DNA of 64,000 nt from a virus. Numbering within the stretch: the stretch's first letter is position 1; the number at the start of each line of letters is the position of its first letter. The notes beneath the pieces are model-generated. The model made no database searches, was not told the origin of the DNA, and was given only the letters and a program-made list of their open reading frames with translations. The DNA is taken from the IMG/VR virus record IMGVR_UViG_3300042898_006838, positions 32,001 through 96,000 of that record; one strand, 5' to 3'. The position numbers and the translations under genes were made by a program. This document shows, in pieces, positions 10,354 to 20,561 of the stretch.

Positions 10354-11822
10354 GACCCGGCTCCGATGTTGACAGTGTTGCGTGCGACGAAACTGGCCGG
10401 GGCGACGCTGTCTGCGCCCGTCACACTCCAGACGAGAGCGCCGTTGTTAGCGTCGGCGCCGGGGGCCGTCAACGCGACGACGCGCACGCTCGTGGCACTG
10501 ATTATCTCCACGATCGTCCACGAGCCGTTGTTGGCGGCTGTCGCCGCGCCACTGACCGTGATCTGCCGATCCAGGTGCTGACGGCTCATCTGCACGAGGC
10601 CCGTGAACACAACATGCCCGCCGACGGCCGAGGCCATGGCCGCCGCCGTGCCCACGGCCGGGAACCAGGTGCGTGTGAAACCGGCTTCACCGCTGTGGCC
10701 CGTGTAGCCGCTGACCACCGGGCCGTCGGTGGGCACAGCCAGTTTCAGCGGCGCGAAGGTCACGGTGCTGTGCGTGTGCTGCGGGCTCTCGCCGGTGAAC
10801 CCGGCGCGCAAGAAGTCGCCGTTCGTAGCCCCGGCGTCGGCGCTGCGTGCCGTCAGCCTGCGCATGGCCGACGCGCCCTGATCGCCGTAGACGCTCTGGG
10901 TGTAGTAGCGGTCACCTTCGGCGTATGCCGGGTCCAGGAACACCTGAATCTCTGTCGAGTACGGGAGCTCGGCGACCTGGACGGCGGCGCCGGTGTTGAT
11001 CTTGAACAGACGCACGGAGGTGATGAGCGTGCTCGATACTGGCGGCACGATCGCGGCAGCCGGCGTGCCCAGGAACGCGACGGGCGCCGGCGAGTTCGGT
11101 GGCGAGCTGAACGTGATGAAGGGACTCTCTCCGGTGAACCCAGAGACCAGTGGTCCGTCTGTGGGCACAGCGAGCTTGATGGGTGTGAAGGTGACGACGT
11201 CGTGCCTGTGGTTCGGGCTTTCCCCCGTGACGCCGGACTTGATGTTCGACTTCAGGATGCTGGGCTGTGCCAGTGTGCTGGGTACCTCGTCGTCGGCGCC
11301 GCTGACGAGGAAGACCTTGCCGTTCTGAATGTAGACGATCTCGACCTCGTTGGTGAGCTCGTTGAATCCGACGTCGACCTTGTCCCCGGGCACGACTAAA
11401 ACTTCAGCGGTCAGGGGATCGTCTTTTCGAGCGTAGATGTTACCGGGCACGCGGGAGTACACGACCCAGGGCGCGGAGCTGGTCTCGGCGATACGCGGGA
11501 CGCTGGCGTCGTCAGTGAACGTGATCTGGCGCAGGCCGACTTGGAACATATAACTGAAAACTGGGGACAGAGAACCGGTGACGCTGACGTTTACGACCGA
11601 GCCACTGACCATCGTCGACGGCTGGTCGAGCACCAGGCGCAGGCCGCCTGTGACTGGGATAGACAACGCCATCCATCCGGCTAGGGCGCTGACTCCATTC
11701 CAGACCTGAACGGAGTCGACGGCCACGGACGTGATCGTCTCGCCGAGTGCGTCAAAGATCAGTGCCGTGTTAACGGGCACAAGTCTCTCGCCAGATCTTG
11801 GTGTCACGAGTGTGATCGTCAC
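10350..11822 (-). CDS. Virion structural protein with an internal ~38-aa duplication
   Basis: GxTGESP...KLAVPTDGP.VSG.TG occurs twice; Ig-like N terminus. Confidence 0.65.
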   Translation of the reverse strand: MTITLVTPRSGERLVPVNTALIFDALGETITSVAVDSVQVWNGVSALAGWMALSIPVTGGLRLVLDQPSTMVSGSVVNVSVTGSLSPVFSYMFQVGLRQITFTDDASVPRIAETSSAPWVVYSRVPGNIYARKDDPLTAEVLVVPGDKVDVGFNELTNEVEIVYIQNGKVFLVSGADDEVPSTLAQPSILKSNIKSGVTGESPNHRHDVVTFTPIKLAVPTDGPLVSGFTGESPFITFSSPPNSPAPVAFLGTPAAAIVPPVSSTLITSVRLFKINTGAAVQVAELPYSTEIQVFLDPAYAEGDRYYTQSVYGDQGASAMRRLTARSADAGATNGDFLRAGFTGESPQHTHSTVTFAPLKLAVPTDGPVVSGYTGHSGEAGFTRTWFPAVGTAAAMASAVGGHVVFTGLVQMSRQHLDRQITVSGAATAANNGSWTIVEIISATSVRVVALTAPGADANNGALVWSVTGADSVAPASFVARNTVNIGAGS

Positions 11823-14293
11823 GGTGCGACGTCCATCTGCGTGCGCACATGCCGCTCGACAAGTCCCCAGACGGTCATGGCCGTGCGCACGTAGGCGCTG
11901 GAGTCAGATTCGGTGACACCGGCTGACGACAGACGTCTGACTCGTCTGGCGTCTGAGAGCACGGCAGCCGCCGCCGGCGCATGCACCTGGTACGCGACTA
12001 CCCGGCCCGGGGTGTCGGCTCCGGCGTAGAGACGGCCGCGGCTCAGTGTCGTACCAGACTCCAGGGCCACGGCGTTGACTGAACCGGCTCCTGTCAGCCC
12101 GAGTTGAGCCTGGGTGAACTCGACCTTGTCCGCTGTCGAGACGTTCAACAGCGCCACGTGGCCGGCTGTTGCCACTGCCAGAACATCGCCATCCAGAACC
12201 AGGTCCCTGACATCTGAGGCCTGAAGAGCCGGAACCGTGCCGTCGTCGGCGAAGAATTCTGAGGCCTGCAGGGCCAGGAAGCGACGCCAGTCCCAGACCT
12301 CGACGCTGCCGATGCCGGTGTCGTTGTAGGCCACAGCCAGGCGCCGGTCACTGAGTTCGACCCGGAACCCGGCGACGGGGATCGTTCGACTGACAACGGG
12401 GCCGGGAAGCCCGACCTCGTCAACGTCATGAGCCATGGTCACGACGCTCGTGCCCGTCAGCGCCAGGAGCCACTGCCTACTCCAGGCCCTGAAGGACATG
12501 GACGAGTAGGGGCCTGGCGCCAGGGCGTAATCGGCGTCGGGGATGTCACCTGCCTGGTTCATGTCTCGTGAGGTGATGTCTCCAGACCCGTCTTCCAGTC
12601 CCACTGTCGACAGACGACGAGATGTGTCGCTCACGAAGTCGATGGTGATGACCTCGCTGTCGCTGGCGACAGAGAACACGGCGTCGGGACCACCATCTCC
12701 GTCCAGCAGCGGCCTGGCGCTGTTGCCGGCCATGGACCAACCGCTTACGGCCTGCGTACAGCTCATCCACGGCGTGGTCGCCAGTGGCTGCAAGATCAGC
12801 CAGCCCCCTGGATAGGTCACGAACGTGCCGCTGACCGGAAAAGATCCGAGCTCCGTGAACCAGCTGGCGACGTCCGACGTCCGCGACCCGTTGTCGTAGC
12901 GCCAGCCGTCGGCGGCGAAGCCCGTGTGCCCGAGGGCCACGGGGTCGGCAAAGCTCTGGCCCTGGAAGTCGAAGGACAGGGCGTTGACGACGTCATCTGA
13001 CAGCAACTGTCCGCCGGCGACGTCGGCCGCCGCCGCCTCGACGCCGGAGCCAAACTGCACGCTCCAGACCCGGCGCTCACCGGCTCGTGCCGAGAGATCG
13101 GAGGCCCGGACGTCGACATGCACCAGCCGCCTGTCGGCGTAGGCGACGCTGTTCTTCAACACCACGTCAAAGCCGCCGGTGACGGGCGTGAGCGTGGACG
13201 CGGCATACGTTCCGACTCCGACGCCGGCGGTCACGGCTGGAGCGCCGTCGACGAGGACGGTGACGGATGCCAGGGTCACGTCGTGGACGCTGGTGACCGT
13301 GAAGGCCAGGTCGCTGGTCGGCGATGACAGGCGCGGGACGCCGCGGGACCCAGGGGCGGGTGAGATCAGGGACACGATCGGGCCCTCGGCCTGACCGACG
13401 TCGAAGTGGTAACGGGTGACGCCAGGGTTGCCTCGGGCGTCGGCGGCGCGGACCACGACCTCGACACGGGTTCCGACGGCGTAGGCGCTGGGCACGGTCA
13501 TGACCGTCGTGGCTCTGCCGCTGACCACGGACGTCACCGGCAGCCAGCCGCTGACGCCGGCGTCTCGACCGTTGACCACGATCTGCTGACCCTGGACCCA
13601 GATGTCCAGGCCCCAGTCCCTGAAGACGTTGACCGTCGCCGACGGGTTGAGGATCTGGGAGCCGTCGTAGGTCGCCAGGTTCGGACCCTGGACGCTGACG
13701 ATGGTCCTGAAGACTCCGGGGACGACCTCCAGGACCCGGCCCTCACAGCCCCTGAAGCTCAGGCCCGGGTTCAGGGACGGGTTGAACCAGACCTGGTTGG
13801 CGGGTGACCCGGGACCCAGCGGCAGGTTCGGGGCGTACTGCAGGTTCGCGGACACGATCGTGAAATCGACTGTCTCCGTGACCTCGTCGCTGACCACGAC
13901 CGTCAACGACGCCGGGCTGGCCGCGGCTCGCGAAAACGGCGCTGGCACAGTCAGTGTCGGCACGACGACCGGGCACTGACGATCTGCGATCTCGAATGTC
14001 CAGGACTCGTCGAGGGCGCCGGTGACGACCCGCAGGTGGCAGGTATCTCCGGCCGCCAGCGGCTCCACAGGACGTATTACGACGTCAAAACCGCTGCCAC
14101 CGTCAGCAGATATTTCCGTATCCATGGCCTGGCTCTCTGAACCAGAGACCACCAGGCGGCCGTTGAAGTAGACGCTGAGACCGTAGACTGGCGTCGTCGG
14201 GTCGTCGCTGGTCACCGACAGCGTCACGATCTGCCTGGGGCTGACGCCAGAGGCCAGGGGCTGCGGATCTCTCTTGCTCACGGCCAGTGTCAC
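11819..14293 (-). CDS. Ig-like repeat virion protein (baseplate / fibre associated)
   Basis: Several P.P...GV...L.V..DG.....GFDVV Ig-like units; overlaps both neighbours. Confidence 0.65.
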   Translation of the reverse strand: MTLAVSKRDPQPLASGVSPRQIVTLSVTSDDPTTPVYGLSVYFNGRLVVSGSESQAMDTEISADGGSGFDVVIRPVEPLAAGDTCHLRVVTGALDESWTFEIADRQCPVVVPTLTVPAPFSRAAASPASLTVVVSDEVTETVDFTIVSANLQYAPNLPLGPGSPANQVWFNPSLNPGLSFRGCEGRVLEVVPGVFRTIVSVQGPNLATYDGSQILNPSATVNVFRDWGLDIWVQGQQIVVNGRDAGVSGWLPVTSVVSGRATTVMTVPSAYAVGTRVEVVVRAADARGNPGVTRYHFDVGQAEGPIVSLISPAPGSRGVPRLSSPTSDLAFTVTSVHDVTLASVTVLVDGAPAVTAGVGVGTYAASTLTPVTGGFDVVLKNSVAYADRRLVHVDVRASDLSARAGERRVWSVQFGSGVEAAAADVAGGQLLSDDVVNALSFDFQGQSFADPVALGHTGFAADGWRYDNGSRTSDVASWFTELGSFPVSGTFVTYPGGWLILQPLATTPWMSCTQAVSGWSMAGNSARPLLDGDGGPDAVFSVASDSEVITIDFVSDTSRRLSTVGLEDGSGDITSRDMNQAGDIPDADYALAPGPYSSMSFRAWSRQWLLALTGTSVVTMAHDVDEVGLPGPVVSRTIPVAGFRVELSDRRLAVAYNDTGIGSVEVWDWRRFLALQASEFFADDGTVPALQASDVRDLVLDGDVLAVATAGHVALLNVSTADKVEFTQAQLGLTGAGSVNAVALESGTTLSRGRLYAGADTPGRVVAYQVHAPAAAAVLSDARRVRRLSSAGVTESDSSAYVRTAMTVWGLVERHVRTQMDVAP

Positions 14294-15897
14294 AACGGAT
14301 ACCCTTCGGTTACGACCGCAAAGTTCACGCGCGAAGCGCGCGATATATCGGCGTCGCTGATGGCGACGTTGTACCCTTCCTTCAATAGCTTTATGAACGT
14401 GAGTTTTAAGTCAACGTCGGACACTCCAATGTCAAAACTTTCGTCGACGACGATGTCTTTACTCTCTCCTGAACCAATGCCTCGCGCCCTGCTTGTTCTC
14501 AACTGTCCTGAGTTGGGACTGGCTGACGTCGAGATCCAGACTGATATGCTTGCAATGTATCCGCTGTCAGTGGTGTCAATGTATCCCTCAACGAGCACCT
14601 GGATGAGAGATACCTTATTAAGTTTATCGGGAGATGAGAACTTGGCTTTGCCTACGACAGTCGCTTCCTGCGTCTTGACCTTGGCGTCGGCCTGGTCCTG
14701 TGTCTTGGCGACAGCGGGCACCTCACCCGCAGCGCTGGCGGCGGCGGCGTCTGCGTCCTGGCTCTTGGCTTCCGCGGCCGCGATCTTGTCGTCGGCGGCT
14801 TTGACGGCAGCGGCGGCGGCATCGGCTGCAGCCTGATCTCCGGCAGCCAGAGCGGCGGCCTGAGCTCGTGACGCAACTGCTTTTTCTTCCTCGCCTGCAG
14901 CTTTGTCGAAGCTGGCTTCCAGGCTGGCGTCGATGGCGTCGACAGCCTGCTTCTCCAGGCTTGCGGCCTTCTTCTGTGCCGGGAGCTGCTCGTCGGTCTT
15001 GGTCTTCTCGGCCTCGTTGGCCACCTGCCTGGCACCCGGGCTCGGCGCCAGGATGTCCTCGACTTTGACCTTCTCCTGGTTCAGGCGCTTGCTGTTGGCG
15101 ACGAGGTCGCTGACGCTGCGTGGCGTCGACGTCGTGCCGTCAGGGTTTTTACGGTCAACTCCGCCGATGAACGCTCGCTCGGCCACGACCATGGTCAACG
15201 TCACGTTCACGGCCCCGGGGACCTGAGAGTTTCTGGCCGCGGTCATGGACAGCAGCGTCCCCTGCACGATCACGTCCTCGTAGAGGATGAAGGTCTTGGC
15301 CCGGAGTTCGATGCTCTTCGTGCCGCGGTAGTAGTCCTCGTAGTCCTGGAGTAGCTGCGTCGTGAAGTTCATGCCGTCGACGTCACGGCCGTTGAGGACG
15401 ATGCCCTGGAATGTCCAGATACGGGGGCGACGACCGAAGACGAATAGGACCTCGCTGGCGAAGGTCTCGTGCAGCTGGTAGCGCTCCTCGTCGGCCTCGG
15501 CGATGGCTTGCAGGCTGAACTTGTCGAAGGTCAGGTTCGGCACGTACTCGCTGCGGACGCTGCTCTTCCGACTCGGCTCGACCTTGATGATCATCTTCGC
15601 GCCGACCTTGAAGGCTCCGCTGGTGACCAGGTCCGCGGTCGGGATCTCCTGCCTCGTCCGGCTCTTGTTCTTCTCCTCGTTAGCGGTCGTGGCCGCCTCC
15701 TGCAGGCCGGTGACAACGCGTTGACTGTCGTCGCTGAACAGGTCCAGGAAGGAAGGAAGATAGCTGATGGCCACGGTCTGCGTCGGCACCTTCTCGATGA
15801 CCTCGGTAAAGCGCAGTTGGTTCATGACCGACGACAGAGCCAGGCTCACGATCGTGGGCTGGTCAGCTTTTGCCGAGACTTCACTATTCTTCGCCAT
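14290..15897 (-). CDS. Putative baseplate tube-initiator-like protein with an Ala-rich coiled coil
   Basis: Immediately follows the tape measure gene; EERYQLHETF...FGRRPRIWTFQG tube-like fold segment followed by an Ala/Lys-rich helical region. Confidence 0.5.
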   Translation of the reverse strand: MAKNSEVSAKADQPTIVSLALSSVMNQLRFTEVIEKVPTQTVAISYLPSFLDLFSDDSQRVVTGLQEAATTANEEKNKSRTRQEIPTADLVTSGAFKVGAKMIIKVEPSRKSSVRSEYVPNLTFDKFSLQAIAEADEERYQLHETFASEVLFVFGRRPRIWTFQGIVLNGRDVDGMNFTTQLLQDYEDYYRGTKSIELRAKTFILYEDVIVQGTLLSMTAARNSQVPGAVNVTLTMVVAERAFIGGVDRKNPDGTTSTPRSVSDLVANSKRLNQEKVKVEDILAPSPGARQVANEAEKTKTDEQLPAQKKAASLEKQAVDAIDASLEASFDKAAGEEEKAVASRAQAAALAAGDQAAADAAAAAVKAADDKIAAAEAKSQDADAAAASAAGEVPAVAKTQDQADAKVKTQEATVVGKAKFSSPDKLNKVSLIQVLVEGYIDTTDSGYIASISVWISTSASPNSGQLRTSRARGIGSGESKDIVVDESFDIGVSDVDLKLTFIKLLKEGYNVAISDADISRASRVNFAVVTEGYPL

Positions 15898-18800
15898 CAG
15901 CTGAACCAGCCTCTCTGCTTCTCTTGCAGCTTCTGGACGACGTCGGCCAGTGCCAATGAGGACTTGGCGATACTTTCCATTTGCGTGGCCAGTTCGGATG
16001 CCGATTTGGACTCAGACGTCGTCAGCATGCCGCCGTTCTTGCTCATCGTCACACGGCCGCCAATGCCCTCGCCCATGAGTCCAGAGAGCCGAGCCGAGCC
16101 GAGCTCTTCAGCCGTCAGCCCGCCTTCCATCAGCTTCTTGGCCTCGTCCTTGCCGACGAGAGCCTCAAGGCCCTTGCCACTGGAGTCGGCATCGAGAGCC
16201 TTCATGATCGTTTCGCTGACACCCTTGGCCTTCAGAGCCGCGCGCTGCTCCTTGCTCAAGCTGATGTTGCCGAGACCGGCGAGGGTATCGGCTCCGACAT
16301 CGCCTTTGGCCAGGGCTCCGAGGGCCAACATCCCCTTGCCGTCGACGCCGCTGCCGGCGAGGACGCGCTCCAGGTCACTGCCGGCGACCATCGCCCGAGA
16401 AGATATGGCTTTGTCGCCTTCGAACCGGCCAACGGTATCAAGGCTCCCCTTGATCCCCTTCAGGCCAGAAACTCCAAGCTCCTTCCACAGATCCGCGGCT
16501 CCGCCCGTCAACTTCTCGGCCTGAGCGTTGATCTCGCTGGTAGTACCGCTGTCGAGCATGCCCAGGAGCTTCTTCATGTCTTCGCTGCCAGCCGCTGCCG
16601 CTATGTCATCTTTAGTAAGCGTCTTACCGGCGAAGAATAAGTTGTCTTTACCTGTGACACCTTGAGCAGCTAGTACATCGTTTATGTCAGAGACAGCCTT
16701 GTCGTTGGACGCACTGTCTTCAGCTGTTGGTTTAAATTTTCGTCCGGGACTGCCAAGAAGGATGCTGGGGATATTGATCCCGTAGTCCTTGCCGATTTTC
16801 TCCTCCAAAGCCTTGGCTACAGTTGGGCTCTTGGACAGGATACCGTCGTACTGGCCTCTGGTGGCCAGGTTCATGTACTCGCGCATGAGCTGACGCTTAC
16901 GCTCTGGGTCGGTAGCAGCCTTCAACTCCTCCATCTTGGCACTGGCCACGGCGCCAGATCCTCCGGAGCTTCCGATCTCACTATCCTTGAGGATTTTATC
17001 AGCGGCCAGGCGATGCTTCTGCTCGACCTTCTTGCCGTCGTTGTTCTTTATAAATGATCGGTACCTATTACGTTCACGTCGACTTTCGTTCTCATCGGTC
17101 ACGTCTGATTGGTTGCTCATCTTACCGACTTGACCGAGACGGTCGCCTAGCATTGTCTCGTCTTCCGTTTGCCCGAGTCCCTTGCCGCCACCTGAGACAC
17201 GCAAGATATCTGTGGCGTTGACTTTTCCTCCCATGTTCATGTCTTCGAGACCGTAGTAGCTGTTTCTGAGTCCACGCATGACGTTGCTGGCGCTGTTGGA
17301 CCATGAAGCCCCTGTGTAAGCCATGCCCTCAGCTGCTCCGGAGAATGCGCTTTGAACGTCGCGGCCAATCTTCGGCATGATCGCTGCCTGCTCCAGCGTC
17401 CGGCTCGTGATCTGGTTGCCGAGCTCACGCGCCTGGCTCCGCTGCTGGCCGCGGAGCGCCGTTGGCGACTCCTCGATCTGGCGCATGAGGCCTTCGAGCT
17501 GGGCGCCGCTGGCCCCGGTCTGCTGGCCTAGGAGGTTCATGAACAGCGTGCGCTTGTTGACGCCGGACCCTCGGCCCAGGCTCTCGGTCTGGCTCATGAT
17601 CTGCTGGGCCATGGCTGACAGCATAGCCGGCTGGTCCTTGAGCATCTTCGCCTGCAGCTCCTGCGGCCGCGTCGTCATCTCCAACAACATCTCAGGCGTG
17701 GCGTTGGCGCTCGCCCGACCCAGGGCCCCGGTAGTGCTGCGGCCGACGCCGGACATGCTGAAGCCGCCTCCACGCTGGTAGCCGGCGCCCATCATCGCCA
17801 TGGCCGTGCCGCTCTGCATGAAGTTGCCCATGGCGTTGCCCAGCGCGTCCTGGGCGCCTTCTCGTCCGCCGAGAGCCGCGACGTCACGAGCTCGCAAGCG
17901 TCCGCTGCCAATGGCACCCTGGGCGATGTTGGCGCTCATGGCCCCGAGGCCAAAGCCTTCTGCTCCCAGTCCCATGCTCGCCATCTTGTTGGCCTGACGC
18001 ATGCTTGCCGCCGCGCCCTCTCCGCTGGTCAAGCCCCTGATCGACGAGCCGATGACGGCCATGCGCGCGGCCTGGGATGGGTCGATGCCCACGGCCTGCA
18101 TGTCGCTCATGTTCGCCAGCGTCTCGCGGACGGTGGTGCCCATGGTCCGACCCATTTCCTTCACCGTCTTCGTGAGCTCACGCATGCGTCTGGCGACGTC
18201 GGTAGCGTTTCCCGCCCCACGCATCAGGTCCTGCTGCACGGCTCCGCCAAAGATCTCCTGGATGTCGCGCTCACTGAACGTGGCGTCGTTGATGGCCAGC
18301 TTGTTCATCTCCGAGCCAAAACCCACGCGCTGACCACGTGTTGACTGGCCGCCGCCCTGGAAGCGGAACGCGTTCTTGCGGTACTGGTCGCCGAACTGGT
18401 TGATGACACCCGACTGCCTGACGGTCTCGCCGATGGACATGGTCACCGGAGCCAACAGCGCCTGACCGGCGATGCCGCCAACCAGTCCCGCGGCCATGCC
18501 GCCGCGCGCGAGTCCCATCGCTGGGCCCAACACTGAGCTGCCAAAGGCGTCGCCGGCGATTGCCGTCAGTACCGAGGCACCGCCTGCCCCGGCTGCGGTC
18601 ATGGTGTTGCCGAAGCCTGTGGCTGCACGCTCCACACCCGCTTCCATGACCCGGCCGCCGTGCATCTGCCGCATCATCCCCGGAGTGACGCCCATGCCCA
18701 TGCCCACAGCCGCCGAGCGGAACATGCCGGCGTTGGGGTCGAGCTCGGCGCCGTAGCTCGTGCGCCTGACGCCCGTGCCCATGAACGGGCTGACGGCCCC

Positions 18801-19259
18801 AGCCCCGGCCCGGCCGAAGAAGGATCCGAAGCTGTTGGCCGCGCCCAGGCCGGCCATGCCGCCGCCGAAGGCCGCTCCGGCCATGGCCCCAATGGGAACC
18901 TGCGGCATGGCAAAGCCGCCGTACCCGCCGCCGTAGGACGGGGGTGGCTGGAGGTTCATGGGCATGACCGGCGACGCCGCCATCTGCATGCCGCCACCGA
19001 GCCTGGAGATCGAGGAGTTGAGGCTGTTGAGCTGCGTGGCCAGCATGTTCATCTGCACAGACAGGCCGCCGACGGCCTGCTGAGTCTGGCTGGCCAGCAT
19101 GTTCACGGCCATGGTCTGACCGGCGACGTTGCCCTGAACAGACTCCAGGCTCCGAGCGGCACGAGACAGGTCAGCCGAGCCCAGATTCACTGAGCTCGGC
19201 GCCTGTCGATCCTGATTCAGAAGGCCTGAAAGTCCGATTGCTGGGTCAGCGGCTGGCAC
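15897..19259 (-). CDS. Tail tape measure protein
   Basis: 1120 aa, helical, rich in G/A/M; directly downstream of the frameshifting chaperone pair. Confidence 0.8.
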   Translation of the reverse strand: MPAADPAIGLSGLLNQDRQAPSSVNLGSADLSRAARSLESVQGNVAGQTMAVNMLASQTQQAVGGLSVQMNMLATQLNSLNSSISRLGGGMQMAASPVMPMNLQPPPSYGGGYGGFAMPQVPIGAMAGAAFGGGMAGLGAANSFGSFFGRAGAGAVSPFMGTGVRRTSYGAELDPNAGMFRSAAVGMGMGVTPGMMRQMHGGRVMEAGVERAATGFGNTMTAAGAGGASVLTAIAGDAFGSSVLGPAMGLARGGMAAGLVGGIAGQALLAPVTMSIGETVRQSGVINQFGDQYRKNAFRFQGGGQSTRGQRVGFGSEMNKLAINDATFSERDIQEIFGGAVQQDLMRGAGNATDVARRMRELTKTVKEMGRTMGTTVRETLANMSDMQAVGIDPSQAARMAVIGSSIRGLTSGEGAAASMRQANKMASMGLGAEGFGLGAMSANIAQGAIGSGRLRARDVAALGGREGAQDALGNAMGNFMQSGTAMAMMGAGYQRGGGFSMSGVGRSTTGALGRASANATPEMLLEMTTRPQELQAKMLKDQPAMLSAMAQQIMSQTESLGRGSGVNKRTLFMNLLGQQTGASGAQLEGLMRQIEESPTALRGQQRSQARELGNQITSRTLEQAAIMPKIGRDVQSAFSGAAEGMAYTGASWSNSASNVMRGLRNSYYGLEDMNMGGKVNATDILRVSGGGKGLGQTEDETMLGDRLGQVGKMSNQSDVTDENESRRERNRYRSFIKNNDGKKVEQKHRLAADKILKDSEIGSSGGSGAVASAKMEELKAATDPERKRQLMREYMNLATRGQYDGILSKSPTVAKALEEKIGKDYGINIPSILLGSPGRKFKPTAEDSASNDKAVSDINDVLAAQGVTGKDNLFFAGKTLTKDDIAAAAGSEDMKKLLGMLDSGTTSEINAQAEKLTGGAADLWKELGVSGLKGIKGSLDTVGRFEGDKAISSRAMVAGSDLERVLAGSGVDGKGMLALGALAKGDVGADTLAGLGNISLSKEQRAALKAKGVSETIMKALDADSSGKGLEALVGKDEAKKLMEGGLTAEELGSARLSGLMGEGIGGRVTMSKNGGMLTTSESKSASELATQMESIAKSSLALADVVQKLQEKQRGWFS

Positions 19260-19590
19260 GTTTATCTCCCAGGTAGACTCTCCGGACTCTATACGACTTC
19301 GCGCCCTCTGACTTCAGGATCTGCTTCATCTCCTCTTTGGTCTTCTCCTCGGCCTTCCCATCGCCGGGAAACATCAGTTCCCGCAGCTTTTGCAGCTGCT
19401 TGACAACTGTCTCCGAGTTCTCGTGCCTCATGCACGCCACGGCCATGACGGCTACTTTCTGAAACTCGACCGCCATCCGCCGGTAGAAGACGCGGGACAT
19501 GCGCGCCTCGTGCAGAGGGCCCTGAACCCGTACGCCGTCGTAGTACAGGTTCGCCTCCGCCCAGCCGGAAGGAGTCGTATTCAGTTTCCC
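19246..19590 (-). CDS. Tail assembly chaperone, -1 frameshift extension (gpT-like)
   Basis: The -1 frame is open from GGG AAA CTG at 19590 into MSRVFYRR... and ends at 19246. Confidence 0.75.
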   Translation of the reverse strand, partial: GKLNTTPSGWAEANLYYDGVRVQGPLHEARMSRVFYRRMAVEFQKVAVMAVACMRHENSETVVKQLQKLRELMFPGDGKAEEKTKEEMKQILKSEGAKSYRVRRVYLGDKRASR

Positions 19591-20189
19591 AGGACGTCGC
19601 CCGCCTTCTCGTCGTTGGCGACGGCGTCGACGGTGGTCTGCAACACCTGGTAGAACTCGATCAGACGCTGGACGATGGCTACAGGCAGGGCGCCCAGTGC
19701 CGCGTAGCGACGGCTCCTGACCTCGGACATCGACTCGGCCGCCAACTTCGGGTCAGTGCGCACGAGCTCGTGGTAGTCCTCGGGCATGGTTACGCCGCCG
19801 AAGTCCATGCCATTCATCGTCGTCAGAGAGTGCGTGAGCAGCAGCAGGTTCAGTTCGTTGCTGACACGCAGGTTGTTGGGGTCCTCGTCGCGCATGAACT
19901 TGTCCAGCTGCTTCTGGCTGTCCAGTGCCTGCGCCTCGTTGAGGCTGCGCATGCGGATACTCATGCCTGCCGAGATCCTGATCTCGTCGGTGACGTAGAA
20001 GAACGGAGCCGTGGTCAGCGCGGTCATGATCTCCAGTTCCTTGCCCGTGAGCAGCTTGGACATGACCTCACGCGCCTTGCGAGTCGATCTCTTCAGCCAG
20101 ATCTGCTGCGCCTGTCGAAGCTGTCCGTCGCTGAGCTTCTCCAGATCCTCTGTCGTCACGGCCCTTGGTGTCGTCGCTTCTTCCGCCAT
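19581..20189 (-). CDS. Tail assembly chaperone (gpG-like)
   Basis: AGGAGG RBS; ends CTG GGA AAC TGA; upstream of the tape measure gene. Confidence 0.8.
   Translation of the reverse strand: MAEEATTPRAVTTEDLEKLSDGQLRQAQQIWLKRSTRKAREVMSKLLTGKELEIMTALTTAPFFYVTDEIRISAGMSIRMRSLNEAQALDSQKQLDKFMRDEDPNNLRVSNELNLLLLTHSLTTMNGMDFGGVTMPEDYHELVRTDPKLAAESMSEVRSRRYAALGALPVAIVQRLIEFYQVLQTTVDAVANDEKAGDVLGN
19584..19590 (-). other. Programmed -1 ribosomal frameshift heptamer G GGA AAC
   Basis: X XXY YYZ pattern immediately before the stop; the -1 frame joins the downstream ORF. Confidence 0.8.
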
Positions 20190-20203
20190 CTTGCACCTCC
20201 TGT

Positions 20204-20231
20204 AAAAAAAACCGAGGCACGAGCCCTCGGT
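20204..20231 (-). terminator. Intrinsic terminator ending island 1
   Basis: Minus strand ACCGAGG-gctcgtg-CCTCGG followed by a T8 tract. Confidence 0.75.
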
Positions 20232-20255
20232 CCACCGTCTCCGGTGGCCACGTCT

Positions 20256-20561
20256 TCAGAACCCGTTGGGAATGGTCATGAGCCGGAAGCGCGTGCGCTC
20301 GTAGGCGACGCTTTCGTCAGCTTTGACCACGAGACGGTGCTCGGGCTTCGACGTCGCCTGCTCGTAGCGGTACCGGCGGACGCAGCTCCCGGCTCGGTAC
20401 TCGAAGACGTCGACGAAGCTGACTTCATTGACCACAAGCTTTTCATCGGATCGGCAGGTGGCCTGGGCGATGTAGCCGTCGACGGCACTGTTGTTGGTGA
20501 CGACGTCAAAGACGTCAGGGGACACAAGTACGCCGTTGACGTAGATGAGGTAGTTGTTCAC
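20256..20561 (-). CDS. Hypothetical protein
   Basis: GTG start overlaps the upstream TGA; MNNYLIYVNG... Confidence 0.55.
   Translation of the reverse strand: MNNYLIYVNGVLVSPDVFDVVTNNSAVDGYIAQATCRSDEKLVVNEVSFVDVFEYRAGSCVRRYRYEQATSKPEHRLVVKADESVAYERTRFRLMTIPNGF

Noticed and set aside
14340-17350. Lower-GC patches in the 535-aa gene and the tape measure gene
   Set aside because: Seen only qualitatively; consistent with ordinary intragenic mosaicism and no boundaries could be defined.
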